Source: an uncultured Bacillota bacterium (GTDB lineage Bacteria > Bacillota_I > Bacilli_A > RF39 > UBA660). From it: a stretch of 47,443 nucleotides of DNA. Positions within the stretch are counted from its first letter, which is position 1; each line of letters starts with the position of its first letter. Shown one piece after another: positions 1-7,834 of this stretch. The stretch covers positions 1 to 47,443 of the forward strand of contig CAMUYN010000005.1 of NCBI GenBank assembly GCA_947165005.1, given 5' to 3'. Under the pieces are notes generated by a model, which was given only the letters and a program-made list of their open reading frames with translations, had not been told where the DNA came from and ran no database searches. Both the position numbers and the translations under genes were made by a program.

Positions 1-373
1 TATGATAATCATATTCTTTTTTATCTAATATTTTATATGTATTATCTGGATAAACCCTTAAATCTAAATCATAATCAATAAATTTTATTACATTTCCTTC
101 AATTATTACTGGAGAGGCAATATTACAATAATAGAATATTCCTTTTTTCTTTATTTGGGCAATTATATTATACCAATTATTTTTAAAATAAAATAAAATG
201 GCTGTTTCTTTTGTATTCCAACTTTTACCAAATAATTTAGTTACTCTTGTATTTTTATTTCCAAAAACATAATAATCATCTGTTTCATCTAGTAAGATGG
301 CTTCATCCCATACTTTATATAGTTTTCCGTTATGTTTATACCCATGGATATTAAATAACTCTCCTTTTTCCAT
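1..373 (-). CDS. DUF402 family nucleoside tri/diphosphate phosphatase (YgaC/Ntdp-like), 3' end outside window
   Basis: Not in ORF track. Manual translation from ATG at 373: MEKGELFNIHGYKHNGKLYKVWDE...FYYCNIASP...KFIDYDLDLRVYPD; YKHNG, YYCNxASP and IDYDLD motifs are typical of DUF402. Confidence 0.85.
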   Translation of the reverse strand, partial: MEKGELFNIHGYKHNGKLYKVWDEAILLDETDDYYVFGNKNTRVTKLFGKSWNTKETAILFYFKNNWYNIIAQIKKKGIFYYCNIASPVIIEGNVIKFIDYDLDLRVYPDNTYKILDKKEYDYH

Positions 374-430
374 AATATATCCTCATCTCTTTCATATATT
401 ATACACTTTTTTTAGAAGAAGAAAAGAACT

Positions 431-1618
431 TTATTTTAAAAGTTCTATTGCTTTTTGTAATTGTGTATCATTTTCTCTAATTGGGTTAGAATAGTATTCC
501 TCAGATAGATCTACATCATAATCTGGAGCAACTCCTACTTCATTAATACTATTACCCTTACTTGTTAACCATTCTTCACTAGTAAATTTAAACATAGTAT
601 TATTATTTAAATCTTTCATTTCTTGAACAGTTCCTTTACCATATGTAGTTTTACCTACTAATTTTGCGCCATATTGTTCTTGTAATGCAGATGCCATTAT
701 TTCTGAAGCTGATGCTGAACCATCATCTACTAGCACAACAACTTTATAATTTAATGTACTATCATTTAAAGAATAGTATTTTTTTGTTTTATCTTTTTGC
801 TTAATTTGATATATTACAGTTTTTTTATCAACAAATCTACTAATAATATTAGTTACTGTAGATAAATATCCACCACTATTACCTCTTAAATCAATTATTA
901 AAGATTTTATTCCTTCTTTTTCTAATTCATCTAGTGCATCTGAAAATTGATCATCTGTTAGAGAACTAAATAGATTTATAGATATATATCCAATATTACC
1001 ATCTAACACCTCTTTGTTAACAGATGGGATTTCTACTACTGATTTTTCAATTTCAATAGTTTCTTCAGAATTGCCTCTTTTTACAACTACTGTGTTCTTT
1101 TTAGTATCACTACTTCTTAATATACTAGATACATCTGTTGGTGTTTTTCCAAGCATAGATTCCCCATCAACGCTAACAAATACGTCTCCTTCTTTTAAGC
1201 CATATTTCTCTGCTGGTGATCCTCCAAATATTCTAGTTATAACAACATTATTATCTTCATTTTGTGCTATTTGTGCTCCAATTCCATAATATGTTCCATT
1301 TATTTCTGTTTCAAAATCTTTTGTTGCTTGTTCATCAAAGAAAGATGTATGAGGATCTTCAGTCGCTTGCATAAGACCATTAATCATACCATCTATTAAT
1401 TTTCCATCATCTATATCTTTATAATATTCATTCTTAATAGTATTATATGCTTCCATTACTGGTTTGAATTTATCATCATTTATACTAATTACACTGCTAT
1501 TTATAGATGTTAAAACTGTCATATTATTCATTAATAAAAATGTTGTTACTGATCCTATTAAAACACCTATAAGCGAAAATAAAACATATCTTGCGATGTT
1601 CATACTTTTTTCTTCCAT
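431..1618 (-). CDS. ctpA: S41A carboxyl-terminal processing protease with PDZ domain
   Basis: N-terminal TM; GIGA/SPAEKYGL PDZ; IIDLRGNSGG, SASASEI and TYGKGTVQ motifs. Confidence 0.93.
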   Translation of the reverse strand: MEEKSMNIARYVLFSLIGVLIGSVTTFLLMNNMTVLTSINSSVISINDDKFKPVMEAYNTIKNEYYKDIDDGKLIDGMINGLMQATEDPHTSFFDEQATKDFETEINGTYYGIGAQIAQNEDNNVVITRIFGGSPAEKYGLKEGDVFVSVDGESMLGKTPTDVSSILRSSDTKKNTVVVKRGNSEETIEIEKSVVEIPSVNKEVLDGNIGYISINLFSSLTDDQFSDALDELEKEGIKSLIIDLRGNSGGYLSTVTNIISRFVDKKTVIYQIKQKDKTKKYYSLNDSTLNYKVVVLVDDGSASASEIMASALQEQYGAKLVGKTTYGKGTVQEMKDLNNNTMFKFTSEEWLTSKGNSINEVGVAPDYDVDLSEEYYSNPIRENDTQLQKAIELLK

Positions 1619-1649
1619 TTAAATCACCTACCTTAAATTGTACCACAAA

Positions 1650-1673
1650 AAAAACTATTATTAAATAGTTTTT
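1650..1673 (-). terminator. Probable intrinsic terminator
   Basis: Inverted repeat aaaaactatt-atta-aatagttttt at the stop of 1672..2208; AT-rich and weak. Confidence 0.5.
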
Positions 1674-2208
1674 ATTTTTTAAACACATTCTTTACTTCTT
1701 CAAAACCTTCTACATATTCAGTTACTGTTTTTGAAGTAATTTTGATTAATGTTGGAGATATAATCTTTAAATCATTAATACTAGTTGGATTTTTATTACT
1801 ATCCTTTGTAACTATATAATTAGAATTAAATTTTTTAGAACTATCAACTTTATATACTGTTATAGCATTTTCTTTTCCACTATATATTGTTAAGAAGCTA
1901 GATAAATCTTTAACTTTATCATTTGGATTATATATTAAAACATAATACTCATCTTCTCTTTGATCAAATATTTGACTAGCTAATATAGTAGAAGTATCAA
2001 TTGAGATAGTTTCTTCCTCTTCAGTTTCATTGTTTCCAAAAGTAATTGTCTTTGTAATAAAAATTCCTATAAATAAATATAAAATAACTAATGATAATAA
2101 TACTATCCCAATAGTCATAACAAATCTATTTATAAAACTCTTTTCTTCTTCACTATTATAATCCCTTTTTTGCTTTCTCATTTCTTTTAATGCTTTTTTT
2201 CTATCCAT
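1672..2208 (-). CDS. Hypothetical single-pass membrane protein
   Basis: 178 aa ORF with basic N-terminus, one TM and RBS ggtg upstream. Confidence 0.75.
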   Translation of the reverse strand: MDRKKALKEMRKQKRDYNSEEEKSFINRFVMTIGIVLLSLVILYLFIGIFITKTITFGNNETEEEETISIDTSTILASQIFDQREDEYYVLIYNPNDKVKDLSSFLTIYSGKENAITVYKVDSSKKFNSNYIVTKDSNKNPTSINDLKIISPTLIKITSKTVTEYVEGFEEVKNVFKK

Positions 2209-2260
2209 AATATCACCAAATTAATTATACCATAAATAGTAAAAAAATAGATATAAAAAT

Positions 2261-3244
2261 CTATTTCATTACTGCAATTGGAGATAAACTCTCTGCAACT
2301 TGCATCATTTCATGTGAATTCATATTTTCAGATGATATATAATACTCTACACCATTAGATATAAACTCTATTGAATTATCAGAGATAGCACCTACTGTAT
2401 CTGTTATAAATTCTGGATCACCACTAACACTCATTACTTCTTTATCTCTATTAACAGTTTCTTGTACCATAATAAATGGTGTCTCTCCTGAAAAAGTAAG
2501 TATTATCCTTTCACCATCTGATTTACTAACTTCTTCTTCACTAGATAAATATGTACCACTAGGCAAATACATCGGATAAATGGTATCATCTATTGTACTA
2601 ATTGTCTCTTTAGTTTCTTCTTCGCCTGTATTCATATTTTCATCTACATCAAAATAATTATTATTAAATACTGCGCGTTTATCTAATTCTTTAATTATTA
2701 ATTTCATTTGTAAATTATTATTTTCATCATATACTTCTATTTTTTCAAAATCTAAATTTTTATTTAAATATATCTTTTCTTTAACTAAATCCTTGTTATT
2801 TGAATAAGCAAGTTTTGTTTCAATTATATAACTATCCTTTTTCTTAATTAAGTTCATATCTTTATCATTATTAATATCTCCAAGTAATGATTGCAATATA
2901 TATATTTGTGAACTATTCTCTGGCCATCTACTTTGAAACTTATAGCTCTTATTAAGATTAGGATTTAAAACATATACTGCATCATCATTTTTTAATAGTA
3001 TTTGTTCATGATTATTCTTTTTATTAATTAAAGATACTCTATATTTATCTTTATAATAAGAAGATTCTACTTTATATCTATATGTATTATCTCCATTATA
3101 AACATCTAATTTACCTACCAAATGATATCCCTTTATATTATTAATATTCTTATTTAAATCATTCTTAATAGAAGATTCATTATACTTAGAACAACCAGTA
3201 AAAACAAATAAACCTAATAATAAAATTAAAAATATTTTTTTCAT
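2261..3244 (-). CDS. YdcC-like LolA-fold lipoprotein (DUF4367-like C-terminus)
   Basis: Lipobox FTGC; EQILLKNDDAVYVLNP, KFQSRWPENSSQIYILQSL and YPMYLPSGT resemble Bacillus YdcC. Confidence 0.75.
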   Translation of the reverse strand: MKKIFLILLLGLFVFTGCSKYNESSIKNDLNKNINNIKGYHLVGKLDVYNGDNTYRYKVESSYYKDKYRVSLINKKNNHEQILLKNDDAVYVLNPNLNKSYKFQSRWPENSSQIYILQSLLGDINNDKDMNLIKKKDSYIIETKLAYSNNKDLVKEKIYLNKNLDFEKIEVYDENNNLQMKLIIKELDKRAVFNNNYFDVDENMNTGEEETKETISTIDDTIYPMYLPSGTYLSSEEEVSKSDGERIILTFSGETPFIMVQETVNRDKEVMSVSGDPEFITDTVGAISDNSIEFISNGVEYYISSENMNSHEMMQVAESLSPIAVMK

Positions 3245-3305
3245 AACTCACCTCTTTAAATATTTCTAATAAATTATATTTTTAATTTTATTATTTATGA
3301 ATAAA

Positions 3306-3329
3306 AAAAAGAGTTATAAAACTCTTTTT
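3306..3329 (-). terminator. Intrinsic terminator closing the lectin-module locus
   Basis: aaaaagagtt-ataa-aactcttttt perfect 10-bp inverted repeat with T-run on minus strand, overlapping the TAA at 3328-3330. Confidence 0.7.
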
Positions 3330-3597
3330 ATTGTGATACTGTTATTACATATGGATCTAACTCAGTTCCACTACCTGTGATGGTTGCACTTGATGAAATG
3401 GAAACTGCAGGGCGAACGCCGCGCGAATTAGTGACATTGGAGCGGTCGATGGAGCCAAAGCGGTCCATGACGCTACCGCGGTTCACGATCCAAGCGTTGC
3501 TAGTGCTGTAAGCATCAGCAAGCCACCAATTAGTAGAAGAACTAGCGCCTAATAAAAATAAATTTTTATTTTTTTCTGAGTAGTATGTCCCTCTAAT
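3328..3597 (-). pseudogene. Start-less second copy of the C-terminal CLec-like module (silent cassette or 5'-truncated paralog)
   Basis: Open frame 3597->3328 with no start codon before the module (TAA at 3598-3600). Translates ...SSSTNWWLADAYSTSNAWIVNRGSVMDRFGSIDRSNVTNSRGVRPAVSISSSATITGSGTELDPYVITVSQ*, homologous to the end of 3765..4955. Confidence 0.85.
3408..3543 (-). repeat. Putative DGR variable repeat VR2
   Basis: 49/80 G+C at 3411-3490; 30 of 34 codons from Y to RP end in C/T and none in A; shares exact 22-nt (3508-3529) and 14-nt (3408-3421) blocks with VR1. Confidence 0.75.
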
Positions 3598-3717
3598 TTA
3601 TTACATATAATAAATTAGTATAAGTATCTTATTTTTTTATCTTCTTTCTTAAGATTTTTATATTTTTATTTTCTGCCTAACGGCAGATTATTGTTTGTTT
3701 GCTTGCGCAACCAAACA
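3551..3717. other. Cluster of four inverted repeats between the two lectin modules
   Basis: 3551-3570 aataaaaat-aa-atttttatt; 3593-3618 ctaatttatta-cata-taataaattag; 3672-3687 tctgcc-taac-ggcaga; 3692-3717 tgtttgtttgc-ttgc-gcaaccaaaca (1 mismatch; GCAA loop on minus strand). Confidence 0.7.
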
Positions 3718-3764
3718 CTTCATTAGGTGCTTACGCTTAGGTGTGCAACATATATTTTTTTCTT

Positions 3765-4955
3765 CTATTCTGATACTGTTATTACGTATGGATTTCCACT
3801 TGTTCCTTGTCCAGTAATTGTTGCACCGGCTTGAATGGAAACGACAGGGCGAACGCCGTACGAAGTAGTGACGCCGCGGCTGACCACGCTGCCATTACCA
3901 AGCACGACCCATGCGCCGGTAGCATAGTAAGCATCAGCAAGCCACCAACCAGTAGAAGAACCTTGATAGTTTGCTTTAACTTTGTTTTTGAATGTTTCAT
4001 CACTGCTTGTTGAATCACATGTTGATGTTTTTCCTCCCCATGTACATACTTCTGCTCTTGTCATTAATCTACAGCCAATGCAGTATGCTGCTGCTGCATC
4101 TGCTGCAGGACTATCTGCAAATGTATATGTTCCATCTCCATTATCTGTTCCATTTGCACTTGCATATTGTGCCTTACTTATTATCTCTGGTGTTATTATT
4201 ACATTATCTACACCTGTTCCTATAAATGATTTACTATCATATGTATAATATGCTCCATCTGTGTTTACAAATGGGTCTCCTGATGGAGTATTTCCTCCAC
4301 CATTTCCTCCTGAATTACCACTATTGCTATTTGATACTGCAGATGATGATTGTTGGAATGTTACAGTAGCTGATATGGCATCTGTTGTTAGATCTGATTG
4401 TACTAATCCTGATCCATCATTTCCTCCATATGAAGAATCTAATGTTGCTATTAAATAGAATACTTCTGTTTCTCCTGCATCTACTGTAAATGATGTTGTT
4501 AATGGTGTATTTCCTGCATTATCAGTATATAAGTTATAACTTAAGTGTGAACATGCACTTTTTGTATCATTTGTACATGTTATTGCTGGTTTAGTTATGT
4601 TAGATACTTGTGCATTATAACTTCCACCATTTTTTACATAGATAGTATATACTATTCTATCTCCTGGTGTTTTAAAACTTGCATTCCATGTATATGTTGT
4701 TGCTACATATGATGCTGATATATTTTCTGCTGTTGTTCCTCCTGTAGATATATTCGCTGCTGGTACTGTTGTTGATTGTGTTGGTTTTGGCCCATCATCT
4801 TGTGATGTAAAGAATATATCCCAAGTTGTTGATTCTACTGCTGCAGTACCATTTATATTTAGCGTTGTACTAAATGCTGCAAATGCTACTCCTAAACTTA
4901 CTACAGCAATAATTAAAACTATCACTATTGGTATTGTGATTTTTTTGTTTTCCAT
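3765..4955 (-). CDS. Secreted surface protein: SipW/TasA-class-like N-terminus, Gly/Ser/Asn linker, C-terminal CLec-like (DUF6273-like) domain; putative DGR target
   Basis: Hydrophobic leader ending LGVAFAAFSTTLNINGTAAV; PGDRIVYTIYVKNGGSYNA beta-sandwich motif; linker SNSNSGNSGGNGGGN; RLMT...WWLADAY...AW.V...G.V...YGVRPVV and GxGTxxNPY tail. Confidence 0.8.
   Translation of the reverse strand: MENKKITIPIVIVLIIAVVSLGVAFAAFSTTLNINGTAAVESTTWDIFFTSQDDGPKPTQSTTVPAANISTGGTTAENISASYVATTYTWNASFKTPGDRIVYTIYVKNGGSYNAQVSNITKPAITCTNDTKSACSHLSYNLYTDNAGNTPLTTSFTVDAGETEVFYLIATLDSSYGGNDGSGLVQSDLTTDAISATVTFQQSSSAVSNSNSGNSGGNGGGNTPSGDPFVNTDGAYYTYDSKSFIGTGVDNVIITPEIISKAQYASANGTDNGDGTYTFADSPAADAAAAYCIGCRLMTRAEVCTWGGKTSTCDSTSSDETFKNKVKANYQGSSTGWWLADAYYATGAWVVLGNGSVVSRGVTTSYGVRPVVSIQAGATITGQGTSGNPYVITVSE
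3845..3962 (-). repeat. Putative DGR variable repeat VR1 with A-free IMH-like 3' end (CGGCGTTCGCCCTG)
   Basis: 52/80 G+C at 3841-3920 in an AT-rich gene; 23 of 28 codons from Y to RP end in C/T; positioned at the C-terminus of a CLec-like domain. Confidence 0.8.
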
Positions 4956-4975
4956 ATTTTTTTCTCCTTATAATA

Positions 4976-5005
4976 AGTATACCCCTCCCCATGAATTATT
5001 GTCAA
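4976..5005 (-). promoter_or_regulatory. Sigma-A-type promoter of the lectin-module gene with G-tract in spacer
   Basis: TTGACA-ataattcatGGGGAGGGG(18 nt)-TATACT, then RBS aaggag. Confidence 0.7.
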
Positions 5006-5109
5006 GCATTAGCCATTTATATTTACAATATAGTGATAGATAATTTTATGCAATTTTTATGAATAATTTTTAAATAATTGTCTACCATAATAATATAGAA
5101 GGAGGAAGT

Positions 5110-5313
5110 ATGAGAACACTTGAAATAATAGCAATAGTTTTAACTATTATTGGAGCAATTAACTGGGGATTAATAGGATTATTTGACTTCAATTTAGTTG
5201 CTTTAATATTTGGAGGAGCAGAAAGTTTATTTACTAAAATAATATATATTTTAGTAGGAATTGCTGGACTATTAGATTTTAAAGTTTTAGTAGAATTATT
5301 TGATGAAAATTAA
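5110..5313 (+). CDS. DUF378 family small membrane protein (YuzA-like)
   Basis: IIGAINWGLIGLFDFNLV...IYILVGIAGL signature; RBS aggagg. Confidence 0.92.
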   Translation: MRTLEIIAIVLTIIGAINWGLIGLFDFNLVALIFGGAESLFTKIIYILVGIAGLLDFKVLVELFDEN

Positions 5314-5339
5314 AAAAAGACTAGTCACTAGTCTTTTTT
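5313..5339. terminator. Bidirectional intrinsic terminator
   Basis: aaaaaagactag-tca-ctagtctttttt between convergent genes. Confidence 0.85.
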
Positions 5340-5341
5340 AT

Positions 5342-6301
5342 TTATCTTGAACAACTATCATTATAATAATCTTTTATTGTTTTAGTTACTTCAATAGTTG
5401 GATTGTTAGCTATATTTACATTTGTACTCTTATAAGTATATGTTTTTTCCATAGGGAATGCTTCAATATTATTATCGCTTAATAACTTATCTATATCTGT
5501 TACTTGGCAGTTTCTTACTTCACTAAATACTTTTACTCTTGGATCATTTGCTAATGAATCTAAACCAGCTGAATCGTTATTTCCAACAGTAATTTTTAAA
5601 ATACTCTCGCCATCTGTTTCTATCTCACTTATTTTTGGGGATAACATATCGTCTTTTGCAATTGAAGAATCAATTACAAATCCAGTACTATCTTTTGTAT
5701 TATAAACATATACATATCCATAGCAACTAGGTTCACAAACATTAGAATATAATATAACAGAATTATTTATTTTTAAGAATGATTTAGCAAAGTCTTCAAG
5801 TTCTTTACCACTATTAGTTACTATTTTTCCATTGTTTATTTTGAATAACACTTTATTATTATCATCTAATACTTTAACTGCTTCACATGTCTCATCGTAA
5901 CTAAAATTATATGAATATTCTTTACTACCTTTTGTTGCTTTTACATTACATGGATCTGATAGATCCACTTCTGGTTCTACTACTGTTTCTTCTTCATCTT
6001 CTTCATCATCAATTATTTTGATATTATTGGTATTGCCCTTATTATCTATTACTGGTCCACCAATAAAACTAAATATACTAATAACTCCCATAAATGATAA
6101 TACAACTAAAATTATTTGTAATATAAATCCAATTAATGCTCCTATACCTGATGCTGTTGATGCTTTCTTTTTATCTTTCATCCATACTAAGAATAATACT
6201 AGTCCTACTATTGGAAAAAAGAAACCTAAAACACCCCATCCAAATTTACTACCTTCTTTTTCTGTAGTGGTAGTATAAACTACATTATTATTTTCTTCCA
6301 T
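5342..6301 (-). CDS. Hypothetical membrane-anchored protein with Cys-containing extracellular region
   Basis: 319 aa; two N-terminal TMs (GWGVLGFFFPIVGLVLFLVW...GALIG), acidic linker, six Cys in C-terminal domain; RBS aggag. Confidence 0.75.
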   Translation of the reverse strand: MEENNNVVYTTTTEKEGSKFGWGVLGFFFPIVGLVLFLVWMKDKKKASTASGIGALIGFILQIILVVLSFMGVISIFSFIGGPVIDNKGNTNNIKIIDDEEDEEETVVEPEVDLSDPCNVKATKGSKEYSYNFSYDETCEAVKVLDDNNKVLFKINNGKIVTNSGKELEDFAKSFLKINNSVILYSNVCEPSCYGYVYVYNTKDSTGFVIDSSIAKDDMLSPKISEIETDGESILKITVGNNDSAGLDSLANDPRVKVFSEVRNCQVTDIDKLLSDNNIEAFPMEKTYTYKSTNVNIANNPTIEVTKTIKDYYNDSCSR

Positions 6302-6324
6302 AATAATCTCCTATCCTTAATAAT

Positions 6325-6354
6325 ATTGTACCCTCCCACACAAAAAAATGACAA
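6325..6354 (-). promoter_or_regulatory. Sigma-A-type promoter with GGGAGGG in spacer
   Basis: TTGTCA-tttttttgtgtGGGAGGG(18 nt)-TACAAT upstream of 5342..6301. Confidence 0.6.
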
Positions 6355-6405
6355 GTAATTATACATTTTTATCATTACTTTACGTAAACAAAAAATACTA
6401 ATTAC

Positions 6406-7140
6406 TTAGTATTTTACTTCTTTTAAATACAATCCTGCACTTACTGCTGTTTTAGTAGTAACTTTTTTATCTGGATGAGTTAAATAATATTTTATTTTTC
6501 CCAGTTCAGTTTTACCTAGAGATACACTTATTAAATATCCACACATAATTCTAACTTGGTATTTAAGAAAACCATTACTAGTAAAACTAATAGTAACATA
6601 ATTACCTTGTTTTATTACTGATGCTTTTTTAATAGTTCTAACATTAGTATCTTTTTTATCTTCATTCGATATAAAAGCACTAAAATCATGTGTGCCTATA
6701 AAATCTTTTATTTCTTCTTTTAATAGATTTATATCTAATTCTTTATTTAATTGACATATATAATCTTTTTCAATAGGATTATATTCTCCGGTATTTATTT
6801 TATAAACATATGTCTTTTCTTTAACCATATATCTAGCATGAAAATCATCCTTTACTTCTTCAGCACTAATTACATGAATAGTATCAGGAAGTAAGCTATT
6901 TAGGGCTCTTTTTAGCTTATATTCTGTTATTTTAACATCAATATCAGCATGTCCTACTTGTCCCCAAGCAGATACTCCCTTATCCGTTCTTCCACTAGAT
7001 GTAAATTTAGTATTTTTACCATCATTAATATATTTAAGAGCATTTTCTATATTTTCTTGAATAGTATTTTTAATACCTTTTTGTTTTTGATAACCATTAA
7101 ATTTAGACCCATCATAACTAAATGTAATTTTATATCTCAA
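6406..7140 (-). CDS. truA: tRNA pseudouridine(38-40) synthase
   Basis: YDGSKFNGYQKQ, SGRTDKGVSA, FHARY, GTHDFSAF, GLYL motifs; TTG start. Confidence 0.95.
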   Translation of the reverse strand: MRYKITFSYDGSKFNGYQKQKGIKNTIQENIENALKYINDGKNTKFTSSGRTDKGVSAWGQVGHADIDVKITEYKLKRALNSLLPDTIHVISAEEVKDDFHARYMVKEKTYVYKINTGEYNPIEKDYICQLNKELDINLLKEEIKDFIGTHDFSAFISNEDKKDTNVRTIKKASVIKQGNYVTISFTSNGFLKYQVRIMCGYLISVSLGKTELGKIKYYLTHPDKKVTTKTAVSAGLYLKEVKY

Positions 7141-7144
7141 AATA

Positions 7145-7834
7145 TCATCTCATTTCTCTATATACAGTTTTAATTAATTCATTGATATTATCTACATTAT
7201 CTAATTTAATTCCTTCTTCTTTCATTTTATTTATAAACTCTACGATAGTAGGAATTCTTATATTCTTTTCTTTTATTAAATCATAATTATCACTATATAT
7301 TTCATATTTATTACCTGAAAGTAATATCTTACCTTCATCTATTATCATTATATCATCAATAAACTCATATATATCATCAATATTAGGACATATAATAATT
7401 ATTGTTTTATTGAAGAATTTTTTTAATTTCATTAATAATTTTAATATCTTAGTTTTTGATTTATAATCTAATGAAAATAATACTTCATCAAATATTAAAT
7501 TATCTGGATTATATAGCATAATTGATGCAATCATTACTTTATATAATTCACTTTCCGATATTGAGTATACACTCTTATCTAATAATTCATTATTTATTTC
7601 AAGCATAGTAATTATTTCATTTTCTCTATCTTGTAATTCTTTTAATCTATAATTATACTCTCTTACATAGTATTCTATTTGATCTTTAACATTATCACAT
7701 TTAACTACATCAGAGTTAATTATACCTATCTTTTTACTTGGTTTAATCTTATTAATAAGTGATGATTTACCTGATCCACTATTACCTATAACCCCTATTA
7801 TTTTATTAGTGTTTAGTACATCTTCTATTTGCAT
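7145..7834 (-). CDS. Degenerate ECF-type ABC ATPase (EcfA2-like)
   Basis: Walker A GNSGSGKS, Walker B LIFDE; signature altered to ISESE; position just upstream of truA. Confidence 0.65.
   Translation of the reverse strand: MQIEDVLNTNKIIGVIGNSGSGKSSLINKIKPSKKIGIINSDVVKCDNVKDQIEYYVREYNYRLKELQDRENEIITMLEINNELLDKSVYSISESELYKVMIASIMLYNPDNLIFDEVLFSLDYKSKTKILKLLMKLKKFFNKTIIIICPNIDDIYEFIDDIMIIDEGKILLSGNKYEIYSDNYDLIKEKNIRIPTIVEFINKMKEEGIKLDNVDNINELIKTVYREMR

Noticed and set aside
3408-3543. Second copy as the DGR template repeat (TR)
   Set aside because: Several differences fit A-to-N (aat/ggt, act/gct, aac/ggc, atc/gtc), but others are at non-A bases (agc/acc, cgc/tac, agc/tat). It is G+C-rich rather than AAC-rich and keeps the coding tail and stop, so it reads as a second VR.
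3782-4458. Alternative-frame and antisense ORFs over the lectin-module gene (3782..4018, 3807..4013, 3982..4248, 3992..4225, 4261..4458)
   Set aside because: No RBS or recognisable motifs; expected shadows of a locally G+C-rich coding region.
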